The notes: a model not told the origin generated them from the sequence alone. Numbered from the stretch's first letter, positions 35,356 to 45,379 are shown. The stretch: DNA of 64,000 nucleotides from Phycisphaerales bacterium (GCA_965227775.1 OZ245777.1:2464001-2528000), one strand, 5' to 3'. Program-made: numbers and translations.

Positions 35356-35937
35356 CTACTTCTTACGCGAAGCGGCCTTCTTGGCTGTCTTCTTCGTTGG
35401 CTTCTTCGCGACCTTCTTTGAGGTGGTCTTTTTGCTTGCTTTCCTTGCAGTCTTCTTGGCAGGCGTGCTACCCGCCTTCGGGCCGTCGGGCCGCACGGCG
35501 TCGTAGCTGGCGATGAACTCTTTGGCTTTCATCTTCTTGATCGCCTTGCCTAGGACGTCGAGCGGCACGTTCTCGAGCTTCTTGACGCGGATGCAACTCT
35601 TACCCATGTCGAGCTTGTTGCCGGTTGCCGTCCATGCCTTCACAAAGTCCGCGTGGGCGGTCTCATCCTGATAAAGGCAGAATAGATAAATGCCCACATG
35701 GCTCTTCTGACTGGCGACGCTGGCAAAGGGCAGGGGCTGCTTGGCGTCGCAGTGATAACCCGCGGGATACGCCGAGTGCGGCACGAACCACGCGGGCATG
35801 TTGTACTGCATTCCCTCCTCGAACACCGAGTCGATGTTGGCGTTGATCGTGTCGCGGATGGCCTGGACCAACTCGCGGCGGTCGGCCGGTAGCGACTTCA
35901 TGTACGCCGCGATAGTGGTTGGCTTGGCGGTCGGCAT
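35356..35937 (-). CDS. DUF1801 (YdhG-like) protein with a Lys/Ala-rich C-terminal tail
   Basis: EEGMQYNMP, YPAGYHC, PLPFASVASQK, LDMGKSCIR; tail PAKKTARKASKKTTSKKVAKKPTKKTAKKAASRKK. Confidence 0.85.
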   Translation of the reverse strand: MPTAKPTTIAAYMKSLPADRRELVQAIRDTINANIDSVFEEGMQYNMPAWFVPHSAYPAGYHCDAKQPLPFASVASQKSHVGIYLFCLYQDETAHADFVKAWTATGNKLDMGKSCIRVKKLENVPLDVLGKAIKKMKAKEFIASYDAVRPDGPKAGSTPAKKTARKASKKTTSKKVAKKPTKKTAKKAASRKK

Positions 35938-35947
35938 CGAACTCCCC

Positions 35948-37633
35948 CTACGCCAGGACGCGTTTGATCTCGGCCTCGTCGGTCATGCCCTTGGCCGCCT
36001 TCATCTTGGCGTCCTCGATCATCGGCTTGAAGCCCGCCCGCTTGGCGGCCTCCATGAGCAGCACACCGTCGGCGCGCTGGGCGGTCAGCGTGCGTAGCTC
36101 GTCATTCATTCGCATGAGCTCGTAGACACCCATGCGGCCCTTGTATTGCTGGCCGGTCTCAGCCTGCTCTTCCTTGGTCGCCAGGCGGCGGACGAGCCGC
36201 TGGGCCATGACGCCGAGGAGCGAACTGGTGACGAGGAACGGTTCGATGCCGATGTCCAGCAAACGCGGGATAGCGCTCGGAGCGTCGTTGGTGTGGAGCG
36301 TCGCGAGCACCAAGTGGCCCGTGAGCGATGCCTGGACGGCGAGCTGAGCGGTTTCGTGGTCGCGGACCTCGCCGACGAGGATCACGTCGGGGTCCTGACG
36401 AAGCAAGCTGCGCAGGCCGGCGGCAAACGTCACGCCGCGCTTGACGTTTACCTGCATCTGGCTGATGCCCTCGAGGCGGTACTCGACCGGGTCCTCGATG
36501 GTCATCACGTTGCGCGACGCCCGATCGACCATGCCGAGTGCCGAATACAGGGTGGTGGTCTTGCCCGAGCCAGTGGGGCCGGTGACCAGCAGCATGCCGT
36601 TCGGGCGATCGACGGTGTCCTTGAGCTCCTGCTGCATCTCCTGGGTCATGCCCAGGGTGTCGAGGCTCAGCTTGTTCTGGCCTTGGTCGAGCAGACGCAT
36701 GACGAGGCGCTCGCCGTGCACGGTTGGGATGACCGAGAGCCGGATGTCGACCTTGTGGCTGCCGACGCGGACGGTTGTCTGGCCGTCCTGCGGGCTGTGC
36801 CTGTTGGCGATGTCCAGTTCGGTCATGACCTTCAGGCGGCTGCTGATGGCCGGCGCCAGCGACAGCGGGGGGCTGAAGGCGTCGACAAGCATGCCATCGA
36901 CGCGTAGGCGGATGTTGAGTCGCGTCTCTTCGGGGTGGACGTGCACGTCGCTCGCTCGGCGGCGGAGCGCTTCGAAGAGGATCATGTTGACGAGCCGGAT
37001 GACCGGCCCCTGGCGCGCCAGGGCGAGCAGATCGTTACCGCTGCCGATGGAGCCCGCCGCGCTGGCGATAGCGCCCTCGTCGAGGGGCATCTCCTCGATG
37101 ATCTCGGTGACGAGGTCCTGGCGCTTCTCGTAGCCGCGGTTGACCAGGCTCTGCACGACCGCCCGGGGCGTGAGCACGAGCCGAAGGGGCATTCCCAGGT
37201 GCTCTTCGAGCTGGGCAAAGAACGCCGGCTGCATGGGCTGCGCGGTGGCGATGGTCATGGTGCGTCCATCGCTCTCGAACGCTCCGACGTGTCGCTCGCG
37301 TGCAACGTTCGGCGGTACGAGCTCGTAGAAGCGAAGTGCGCTGTCGTTGAGCCTGGGCTCGGCGACGAATGGCAACCCCGTTCGCTCGGCCAGGAGCTTC
37401 AACGAACTCTGCTCGTCGGTCGCCATCGCGCTGATGAGCATGTCCCAGGGCTCTGTGTCCGAGCCGGGCATATCGCGGAAGGCGCGCAGGGCGTCGGCGG
37501 TCAGTCGGGGAACTCGGAGGGCGCGTGCTACGCCGGGGAGCGCGTCGCCCGACGCCCGCGTGTCGATGGCATTGGCGCCATCGTTTGCCTTCTTCGAGCC
37601 GTTCTTGTTGCCTCGCAGGCTCAGTTTGCTCAT
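35948..37633 (-). CDS. gspE: Type II secretion / type IV pilus assembly ATPase (GspE/PilB family)
   Basis: ASDVHVHP, PQDG, GERLVMRLL, TGPTGSGKTTT, TIEDPVE, LRQDPDVILVGEVRD, TGHLVLATLHTN. Confidence 0.95.
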   Translation of the reverse strand: MSKLSLRGNKNGSKKANDGANAIDTRASGDALPGVARALRVPRLTADALRAFRDMPGSDTEPWDMLISAMATDEQSSLKLLAERTGLPFVAEPRLNDSALRFYELVPPNVARERHVGAFESDGRTMTIATAQPMQPAFFAQLEEHLGMPLRLVLTPRAVVQSLVNRGYEKRQDLVTEIIEEMPLDEGAIASAAGSIGSGNDLLALARQGPVIRLVNMILFEALRRRASDVHVHPEETRLNIRLRVDGMLVDAFSPPLSLAPAISSRLKVMTELDIANRHSPQDGQTTVRVGSHKVDIRLSVIPTVHGERLVMRLLDQGQNKLSLDTLGMTQEMQQELKDTVDRPNGMLLVTGPTGSGKTTTLYSALGMVDRASRNVMTIEDPVEYRLEGISQMQVNVKRGVTFAAGLRSLLRQDPDVILVGEVRDHETAQLAVQASLTGHLVLATLHTNDAPSAIPRLLDIGIEPFLVTSSLLGVMAQRLVRRLATKEEQAETGQQYKGRMGVYELMRMNDELRTLTAQRADGVLLMEAAKRAGFKPMIEDAKMKAAKGMTDEAEIKRVLA

Positions 37634-37652
37634 GGTCGCGCGCCCTAGGGGC

Positions 37653-40136
37653 TCAGGAACCCTGGCTCTCGGGCTCGATGATCTCGATGCCGTAATCGTC
37701 GACGGGCATGGACTCCCCGGTTGATTCGCCCGAGGCGAAATCCGCCGGCACCATGACGCGGAGCATGAATGTCTCGAGCTCTGGCACGTCGGCGTCGAGT
37801 TCGGCGACCTGTCGCGGGCCCTCGGTCAAGAGCTCGTAATCGCTGATGGTGGGCTCGTAGAGCACTTTGGGGGTGATGAACACGTACAGCGTGGTCTTCG
37901 AGTCATTCCAGTTTGTGTCCGCGAATAGGTAGCCCAGGATCGGGATGCTGCCCAGGAGCGGCACGCGGACCTGTGTCTTGCCGTCGTTCTCAATGGTGAT
38001 GCCGCCGACGATGATGGTTGAGTCGCTGGGGATTGTCACCGACTCGCTCGTCACCGTCCGCTCCTGGCGGGGTGGCGGGATGCCATCGCTACCCGAACCC
38101 ACAAAGTTTGACAGCGTCAGATCGTACTCGAGCGTCACGAAGCCGCCGGGATTAATGCGGGGTTTGACCGTGAGCTGCGGACCGGCGTCTTCGAAGCCGC
38201 CGAAGCCCGTCTGGGTGCTTGTGCCATCCTGGCTGGTCGTCTGGAAGGGCTGGCTCTCAACACTGGCGATCGTCGACTCGGTGTTGTTGTCGACCAGCAG
38301 CTGCGGGCTGGCCAGGATGCGGCCATTGACGTTGCGCTGGAAGGCGTTGATGACGATGGGGACGTAGTTGCTGCGGATAACAGCCGACGTGAAACCGAGC
38401 AAGCTGTCGTCGACGATATTGGGAACGGTCGCGTCGCCGCTCGATTCGGTCAACCCAAAGTTCGTCTGGAAGAGGCCCTCGCTCCCACCGGAGTTGATGA
38501 TCTGGCTCTCAAATGCCAGACGCATGTCGTCGGTCCAGGTGACGGCGAGGATCTTGGCCTCGATGAACACCTGCGGGCGCCGCTTGTCGATGGTGTCGAT
38601 GATGCGGCGGAACTCGGCCTGCATGTTCAGCGGCGCCCGAACCATGACCTGGTTGGTCGATTCATCGAAGGTTACGAACGCGTCCGGGCTCTGAATGTCC
38701 CCGAAAGCACCCTCCGGCGTCGATTGCTGGTCGGGCAGTCGTGGCTGGCGAGCCGTGGCCTGACGCCCGGTCTGCCCCGAGCCCGGAAGCAGGTCTCCCG
38801 AGGCGGCTGCGGAGGCACCCTCGATAAGTTCATTGAGCAGCGTGGCGACGGCCTCTGCCTCGGCCCAATCGAGCTCGTAGTTGCGGATGACCACCTGCTC
38901 GTCGCCCGGGTCATACTCATTCACAAGGGCGGCGAATTGCTCGTGCTGCTCGGGGGTGCCGTAGAACACGATGCTCTGGCCGACCTCGTCAACGACGATG
39001 GCGGACCCGCCCTGCACGGGCGCTTGCTGGCTGAACGGATCTCCACCCTGCAAACCACGCACGCCCTGACCGAAGCCCCCGAGCCCACCCTGGTCAGTCA
39101 TGCTCGAAAACTGGATCACGCTGCCTAGTCCGCGCTGTTCCGCCAGCGCCGCGACGTTTGCGGTCGCCGAGCCCGTGCGATAGCGCGTCGGCTGGAGGTC
39201 GTCCTTGACGTCGACGATGCTGATGAGCTCGGCAACGCGGTCTGCTTCGTCCTCGGTCCCGCGGAACAAGAGCCGATTGCCCGAGGGCGCGACGATGAGA
39301 CGCTGGCCCAGATTGCTGAGCGCTGAAGCCACGAACGTGCTTCCGCCTTCTTGCTGGCCGCCACGAGCGCGAGGATCGGGGATGCCGGGCGTTGCGCCCG
39401 ACTCTTCAAGAACGCCGGCGAGGCGGAGCACCTGATCTCGGCCCGCACCTGCGGCGATGTGTGTCAGCTCGAACGGGATCAACCGCTGCTGGTCACGTTC
39501 GGCCAGGATGCGTTCGACGAGCTCCTCGATCTCCATCGCGTTGCCGGGCGATGCGGTCACGATGAGTACGCCGAGCTCGTCGAGCGCGGCGATGCGCCCG
39601 CCCGCGGCCGAGGCCTGGCTCACGATGGCCTGCTGGAGCACGCTCGGCTTGGTGTTTGGTGTGCGGATGACCAGCGTGGTCGCCAGGTCGCCGCCCGGCT
39701 TGGAGGGAACGCTTCCCTTGGGCATGACCTGGAAGAAGCCGTCGATGGCGCCGGGCACCATCGCGAAACCATTCTGCTCGAGGAAAGAGTTGAGCAGCAG
39801 CAGGTACTGTTCCGGTGGGATGCGCAGCTCCTGGGTGATCATGACGCTGCCGCTCAAGCTGGTATCTACAGCAAGCTGCACCCCGAGGCGAGCGACGGCG
39901 ATGTCAAGGAGCGTGCGGAGCTGCACGGGTTCGGCGAATGGGCCGATGATGATCGGTTCGTCCGACTGGCCGGCGGGCTCAGGCACCAGCGCTGGCGAGC
40001 GTTCACCAGCCGGGTTTCCCTGGGGCTGGTTCTGGGCCTTGCTGGTCGTTGGAGCCAGCGAGATCGCGAGCCCAGCGGCAACTGCGAGGGCCAGGCCCCG
40101 ACCGGTGGTGTTCGCTCGTTCGGTGCTCTTCGGCAT
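37653..40136 (-). CDS. gspD: Secretin (GspD-like)
   Basis: Signal peptide; repeated N domains; RPQVFIEAKI, LTVKPRIN, VPLLGSIPILGYLF, LYVFITP; AGGAG SD before 40136 (alternative start 40172). Confidence 0.92.
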   Translation of the reverse strand: MPKSTERANTTGRGLALAVAAGLAISLAPTTSKAQNQPQGNPAGERSPALVPEPAGQSDEPIIIGPFAEPVQLRTLLDIAVARLGVQLAVDTSLSGSVMITQELRIPPEQYLLLLNSFLEQNGFAMVPGAIDGFFQVMPKGSVPSKPGGDLATTLVIRTPNTKPSVLQQAIVSQASAAGGRIAALDELGVLIVTASPGNAMEIEELVERILAERDQQRLIPFELTHIAAGAGRDQVLRLAGVLEESGATPGIPDPRARGGQQEGGSTFVASALSNLGQRLIVAPSGNRLLFRGTEDEADRVAELISIVDVKDDLQPTRYRTGSATANVAALAEQRGLGSVIQFSSMTDQGGLGGFGQGVRGLQGGDPFSQQAPVQGGSAIVVDEVGQSIVFYGTPEQHEQFAALVNEYDPGDEQVVIRNYELDWAEAEAVATLLNELIEGASAAASGDLLPGSGQTGRQATARQPRLPDQQSTPEGAFGDIQSPDAFVTFDESTNQVMVRAPLNMQAEFRRIIDTIDKRRPQVFIEAKILAVTWTDDMRLAFESQIINSGGSEGLFQTNFGLTESSGDATVPNIVDDSLLGFTSAVIRSNYVPIVINAFQRNVNGRILASPQLLVDNNTESTIASVESQPFQTTSQDGTSTQTGFGGFEDAGPQLTVKPRINPGGFVTLEYDLTLSNFVGSGSDGIPPPRQERTVTSESVTIPSDSTIIVGGITIENDGKTQVRVPLLGSIPILGYLFADTNWNDSKTTLYVFITPKVLYEPTISDYELLTEGPRQVAELDADVPELETFMLRVMVPADFASGESTGESMPVDDYGIEIIEPESQGS

Positions 40137-40390
40137 CGTCCATCTCCTGCCGGTCGCGTTTCCCGCGGTCATGACCCCATAAAGCGTTGGGGCGCGGGGG
40201 CTAGGGTTCTATGTTCTTCGAGCCCGGGAAGCTACTTCTCCGCGGTGGTCGGGAGCGTTGCATTGGCGCCGACCCGCCCCTTCCAGCCGCCGACCGGAGT
40301 GGCCTTGCTGGGGCTCATCGGCCCGATCGGGCCCGTGTGTTCAGAGAGCGGGCTCCATGCTGGCCCGCCACGATGGGAGGGCCAGCCCGA

Positions 40391-41419
40391 ATGCGAGTCG
40401 TCAGCCTGCTGCCTTCGGCCACCGAGATCCTCTGCCTCGTCGGCGGCGCCGACCTTCTGGTCGGCCGCAGCCACGAGTGCGATGAGCCTGGTAGCCTCGG
40501 GCATCTGCCCGTGCTGACCGCCGCCCGGACCACCTATGCCGGCGGACCGGCTTCGGGTAGCTCGGGTTCGTTGAGTGCGGCGGCCGACGTCGATCGGCAG
40601 GTCCGCGAAACTCTTTCGAGTGCTTCGGGGGGCGACGCGCCCCCCTCTCTCTATTCTCTGGATACCGAGATGCTCGAGTCGCTGCGGCCCGACATCATCC
40701 TCACGCAAAACCTCTGTGAAGTCTGCAGCATCGCCTTACCGGAAGTGCAGGCCGCGGCCCGGCGCATGGGCGAGCAGACCGGCAGCGAGCCGGCGATCAT
40801 CAGCCTCGACCCGCACACGCTCGAGCAGGTGTACGACGACTGCCTCACCATCGGCGCAGCGATCAACAAGGAAGATCAGGCCACGCACGTGGTGGCCTCG
40901 CTCCGCGAGCGTTTCTATGCGGCCGCGGAGATCGTTCCGAGCTTCGCGTATGCGCCCGTCGTTGGCTTCCTGGAGTGGACCGATCCGCTCTTCATCGCCG
41001 GCCACTGGACGGTGCAGCTCATCGAGCGCGCCGGCGGGCGGCACCCACTCAACGAGACGATCGCAAAAGACGACGCGGGCGCCGCGGCGGGCGCGATGCA
41101 TAGCGAGCGCGTCGCCGGCAAGTCGATCGCCGTCCCGCCCGAGGTCTTCGCGGCGACCGCCCCTGAGGCATTGGTGATTGCACCCTGTGGCTTGAATCTC
41201 GAGCAGACGCGCCACGCGACGGCCGAGATCGCCGAGCAAGACTGGTTCCGCTCACTCCCCGCTGTCCAGAACGGCAAGGTCGCGCTCGTCGATGGCAACC
41301 AGTACTTCAATCGGCCAGGGCCGAGGCTGGTCGATGCGTTCGAGTGGCTGGTGGCGTGGCTGCATGACAGGCAGGATCGGATGCCGGATGGATTCGCATG
41401 GCAGCGATGGACGAGTTGA
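40391..41419 (+). CDS. BtuF-like / periplasmic-binding-protein-fold protein without a signal peptide
   Basis: MRVVSLLPSATEI, VGRSHECD, PDIILTQNLCEVC, LEWTDP..AGHW, DGNQYFNRPGPRL. Confidence 0.88.
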   Translation: MRVVSLLPSATEILCLVGGADLLVGRSHECDEPGSLGHLPVLTAARTTYAGGPASGSSGSLSAAADVDRQVRETLSSASGGDAPPSLYSLDTEMLESLRPDIILTQNLCEVCSIALPEVQAAARRMGEQTGSEPAIISLDPHTLEQVYDDCLTIGAAINKEDQATHVVASLRERFYAAAEIVPSFAYAPVVGFLEWTDPLFIAGHWTVQLIERAGGRHPLNETIAKDDAGAAAGAMHSERVAGKSIAVPPEVFAATAPEALVIAPCGLNLEQTRHATAEIAEQDWFRSLPAVQNGKVALVDGNQYFNRPGPRLVDAFEWLVAWLHDRQDRMPDGFAWQRWTS

Positions 41420-41447
41420 GTGCACGCTGCTCCTAGGAGGGGACGTG

Positions 41448-42050
41448 ATGGCTCGGGCCGTTCTGTTCAACCTGACTCCGGCACGCTGGGCGATCCCAGA
41501 TCAGCGATGGACCAGAACGTTGCGCAAGCGAGGCTGGGTGTGCAAAGCGTGCCGATCACCATCTCAGGAGATGGTCCGCCAATGCACAGCCGCGTTATTG
41601 ATCGAGAAGCCTGAGCGAAAACTGGTATCCGACATGCTCGGGCCGTTCGAAGTGATTCACCACAAACTCCTCAACGCAGCCGACTTCTCTGGATGGCGAC
41701 ACGGTAGGGTGCCGTGCTGGGTGAGCATGCCACTGGCTACCTACGAACGCGAGCCCGAGTGGTGCCAGAAGATCAACTGTGATGCATTCTTCTGCACTGC
41801 GTCGGCGCGTGTGAGATGGGCATCTGATCGCCATCTGGGCTTGCGCGAGTGCGAGACATGCTCGGAAGCGTCATTTGGGCGTGGAGGAGACACGGGCGAC
41901 AGGCTCGTTGTGCCCAGAGACCAGGCTGAAGCACCGATGTGGATGGCCAATAACGGTTGGACGATGTTCTCCGAGCCCGTCGCTGAGGTGATTCAACCAT
42001 TGCTCGGACGTCGATACAGGCCCACAAGATTCGAAGTTGTGTTCGAGTGA
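41448..42050 (+). CDS. Hypothetical protein with two CxxC motifs
   Basis: AGGAGG SD; CKAC and CETC; more AT-rich codon use. Confidence 0.7.
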   Translation: MARAVLFNLTPARWAIPDQRWTRTLRKRGWVCKACRSPSQEMVRQCTAALLIEKPERKLVSDMLGPFEVIHHKLLNAADFSGWRHGRVPCWVSMPLATYEREPEWCQKINCDAFFCTASARVRWASDRHLGLRECETCSEASFGRGGDTGDRLVVPRDQAEAPMWMANNGWTMFSEPVAEVIQPLLGRRYRPTRFEVVFE

Positions 42051-42424
42051 TTGACTTCCACGCAGCCTCCGGAGTTGCGGACTTGATCCAGCTCGGCGAT
42101 GACTCACTCGCCGCCCTCGCCCGGAGCGATCTTCCCAGCGCCAAGCTCGTCTTCAACGACCGTGGGTTCATTGCCTTCCCAACACCCATCCAGCACAACA
42201 CGATGAAGGCAGAAGGTATCTCATACGAGGACAACTACCGCGGCAACGCGATGGCAGGGGTGCTGAAGCCGGATGCGATTGAGGTTCACTATCACGAGGC
42301 TTTCAGCAATGCGCGTGTCGAACTCATATTGAGCCAGTTGCTGGCGGAGACGTCTTTGGGTGCGATGCGAAGCGCGACCGTGACCTACCAGGGCCGCAGG
42401 TTGTGCGTGGATGACGCCAGTTAG
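42047..42424 (+). CDS. Hypothetical protein
   Basis: GTGA overlap with the upstream stop codon; protein-like composition. Confidence 0.65.
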   Translation: MIDFHAASGVADLIQLGDDSLAALARSDLPSAKLVFNDRGFIAFPTPIQHNTMKAEGISYEDNYRGNAMAGVLKPDAIEVHYHEAFSNARVELILSQLLAETSLGAMRSATVTYQGRRLCVDDAS

Positions 42425-43176
42425 CCCGCCAGCGCCGCCTTCGTCTCTACCGCCAACGCCGACGCTCGCTCGATGCAATCCTGGGCCTCTTCATCCACGG
42501 CATCGGCCGCTGCCGACCACGCGCGGTTGATCTGGCGCTCCATGGCCGCAAATCGATCCATGACGGCGGCGTAGCCGGCGAGGCCCCGAGCCGAGACGAT
42601 CTTCTCGCGGGCGTCGACGAACGCCGGCACGTGTACGGCTTGTACCTCTCCCAGCCGTTCGATGATGGCGGCCTCGCGGTCGTGCTCGGTGGTCATGTGC
42701 GGCAGGTCTCGTCGGAGGCTCTCGATAGCGTCGATGATTGCAGCGAGTGAGGCCTCGGGCGAATTGGCGCCAGGTGTCGATCCGCCGTCCTCTCGCGAGG
42801 CGGCCAACCGCTGGCGCATGTCAAATCGCACGAGCGCCGCACCTGCCAGCAGCCCAACCACGGCCAGCAAGAACCACCAGCGGCCCGTCCAACGATCGAA
42901 TGCGAACTCCTTCACGCGGACGCGCTCAACGCCATTCGTGCGAAGCTCCGCGAGCAGATCCGCGGTGAGTTCGGTGTTGGCGGTTGCGATGGGCTCGCCC
43001 GCAGCGGCTGGATCAGCGGGCGGCTCGTCGGGCGTCGCTTCGCCTGCGGACGAGTTCAGGGTCAGCCCAACGAGCTGCTCGTCGGGCAGGTCGAGCGGCG
43101 GGACATACGCCGTCGGCGCGACGGCAACGCCCAAGACGAGGGCGGCGGTGATGATGAGGAAGCCGAGGATCTTCAT
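42421..43176 (-). CDS. Hypothetical membrane protein (2 TM segments, helical C-terminus), co-oriented with the OPT gene
   Basis: GAGGAG SD 13 nt after the OPT stop; two hydrophobic segments. Confidence 0.8.
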   Translation of the reverse strand: MKILGFLIITAALVLGVAVAPTAYVPPLDLPDEQLVGLTLNSSAGEATPDEPPADPAAAGEPIATANTELTADLLAELRTNGVERVRVKEFAFDRWTGRWWFLLAVVGLLAGAALVRFDMRQRLAASREDGGSTPGANSPEASLAAIIDAIESLRRDLPHMTTEHDREAAIIERLGEVQAVHVPAFVDAREKIVSARGLAGYAAVMDRFAAMERQINRAWSAAADAVDEEAQDCIERASALAVETKAALAG

Positions 43177-43189
43177 GGCATCGCTCCTC

Positions 43190-45379
43190 TTACCCGATCG
43201 CCAGAACGATGAGGTTGATGATTAACGCGAGGATTGCCTCGCCCACGACCAGGCCGGCCGCGAACGGCACGCCCCAGTCCTCGCTCCAACGCTTGCCCTT
43301 GAACTTCACCACGAACATGTTGATGATGCAACCGAGGCCGTACGTGCTGATGTAGATGAACGGCAGGTACATGCTCAGGCCGACGAGCACGCCGAGCCCG
43401 GGGAAGGCCCCAAGCCCGAGCAGCGCGCCGAGCAGTGCGCCAAAGCCGTAGAGGGCGTAGGGCATCTCACCGCCCTGCACACCCGTGATGACCGCTTGGA
43501 GGGCCTGGGCCTGGGGCGCCACGGTGGCGGTGCCCGGGCCGATGGGGATCTGGCCGTCGGTGGCCTTCAGGTTCACCGCGACGATGGTGGCCAGCACGAG
43601 CATGCACACGACCGGACCGAGGCCGGTCGAAACCAGCTCAACGATCTGCTGCCGCTTGGGTTGGCTGCCGACCAGGTATCCGGTCTTCAGATCGCCCATC
43701 ATGTCGGCAGCACAGGTGATCGCGACGCACAAGGCCGCTCCAAGTAGCACGGCCCCGACCACGGCTCCCGAGCCCGAAAGCAGCAAGACGAGCACGACCG
43801 TCAGCAAAGCCATGCCGCTGATCGGCGACCAATCGGTCATGCCCGTGCACTGGGCGATGATGATGCCAGCAAACCAAATCCATGCTGCACCGACTAGCGC
43901 GATGACAAGGGCCCGCAGGTGCGGGTTCATCCAGCCAAGCCAGCCGGGCTTGAGGTTATTTGCCTCCATGTACTGTTCGCGTTGCTCGGGTGCCCACGCG
44001 TTCCAAGCGTCGAGGGTGTCCTGCCCCGCGAAGGCGAGCGTGTAGCCGCCGAAGGTCGCCGTTGGCTGGTCCTCGGGAGCGTTCTCGCCGGTCAGCTCCA
44101 CCTCGCTGATTGGGTCGGTAAAGTTCACCGGCTTGTTGCCCACAAAGTCCGCTGCCAGGAACAGCAGCAGCAGGGCCGCGAGCATACTGACGACCAGCAC
44201 CTTGAGGCCCAATTCGTCGGAGCTGCCTTTCTTGGCGCCGAAGCTCGCGCTGGCGATGCTCTTCATGGCCTCTTTGATGGCCGGCAGCGCGAACACCACG
44301 CCCATGAGCGCGCCGCCCAGCAGAAGGCCGATGCCCAGCGGGCGGTTGAAGGCGCCGAACGCGTAGCCCGGGGCCTCATGGGCGCGGATGGTCTCTGGTG
44401 CCCAGCCCATCGAGTACACAAGGGGGTTGATCACGAAGTAGGCCAGAATGCCACCCGCGAGCACCATCAGGCCTGCTCGACCAGTGATGAACCCTGCGCC
44501 GATGGCAAAGGGTGCGATGGCGAACACGAGCTGGAACTGATCGGGCAGGCCAAGCACGCGGCCGAGGTCGAACGAGCTGTTGGTCAGGACGGGGTCGGGC
44601 TCGCCGTTGCGGTCACGATCGACACGGATGGTGAGATCGCTGACGACTTGGGCGTCCTCTCCCTCGAGCGGTTCTGCGGCGGGCTGAGCGGTAATTTCAC
44701 CGGGTGCAGGCTCGGGGAGAGCTTCCGCGGGCATCGTCCATCCGATGCTGCCGTACCCGGGGCCACCAAGGTCCGGCATACCCACGGGCAGGTAGATGAG
44801 CGCCCCGAGCAAGATGCCCGCGACGAGCACGATGGACTTCTTCGCTCCCGCACCCGGGCTCTTCAGGATGACCGCCACGCCCGTGGGGCTGGGGAATCGC
44901 AGGCGGTCTATGTCGATCATTTGCTTGCGCAGCGGGATGATGAACGCGCAGCCAAGGATGGCTCCCGCGACGCACGCGAGCGTGATGAGCCAGAAGTCCA
45001 AACTACTCGGGAGGAGCGAGTAGCCCAATAGGTACAGCACCGGCACAGTGAAGATCACGCCGGAGTTGGGCGTGTTCACCGCACTAGCGATCGTCTGGCC
45101 GATGTTTGTCTCGAGGATCGTGCCCTTGCGCAGAATGCCGCGGAGCACGCCGAAGCCCAACACCGCCGCGATGGCGCTGCCAACAATGGTGAAGCCGATC
45201 TTCAGGCCCGCGTACGTGATCGCGGCGTTCATGATTGCACCGACGATCAATCCGAAGATGATTGAGGCAATCGTGACCTCGCGATAGCGCGGATCGAACA
45301 GGCCGCTGCTGTGGGCCGGCGGGTTGGCCGGGGGCGGATCAGGCTGGCTGGGATCGCTGGTGTTGGGCGTGTCGCTCAT
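43190..45379 (-). CDS. OPT/YSL family transporter with inserted soluble loops
   Basis: YAGLKIG, ETNIGQTIASA, IPLRKQMIDIDRLRFPS, TDWSPISG, ADMMGDLKTGYLVG, APQA, AAGLVVGE. Confidence 0.92.
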   Translation of the reverse strand: MSDTPNTSDPSQPDPPPANPPAHSSGLFDPRYREVTIASIIFGLIVGAIMNAAITYAGLKIGFTIVGSAIAAVLGFGVLRGILRKGTILETNIGQTIASAVNTPNSGVIFTVPVLYLLGYSLLPSSLDFWLITLACVAGAILGCAFIIPLRKQMIDIDRLRFPSPTGVAVILKSPGAGAKKSIVLVAGILLGALIYLPVGMPDLGGPGYGSIGWTMPAEALPEPAPGEITAQPAAEPLEGEDAQVVSDLTIRVDRDRNGEPDPVLTNSSFDLGRVLGLPDQFQLVFAIAPFAIGAGFITGRAGLMVLAGGILAYFVINPLVYSMGWAPETIRAHEAPGYAFGAFNRPLGIGLLLGGALMGVVFALPAIKEAMKSIASASFGAKKGSSDELGLKVLVVSMLAALLLLFLAADFVGNKPVNFTDPISEVELTGENAPEDQPTATFGGYTLAFAGQDTLDAWNAWAPEQREQYMEANNLKPGWLGWMNPHLRALVIALVGAAWIWFAGIIIAQCTGMTDWSPISGMALLTVVLVLLLSGSGAVVGAVLLGAALCVAITCAADMMGDLKTGYLVGSQPKRQQIVELVSTGLGPVVCMLVLATIVAVNLKATDGQIPIGPGTATVAPQAQALQAVITGVQGGEMPYALYGFGALLGALLGLGAFPGLGVLVGLSMYLPFIYISTYGLGCIINMFVVKFKGKRWSEDWGVPFAAGLVVGEAILALIINLIVLAIG

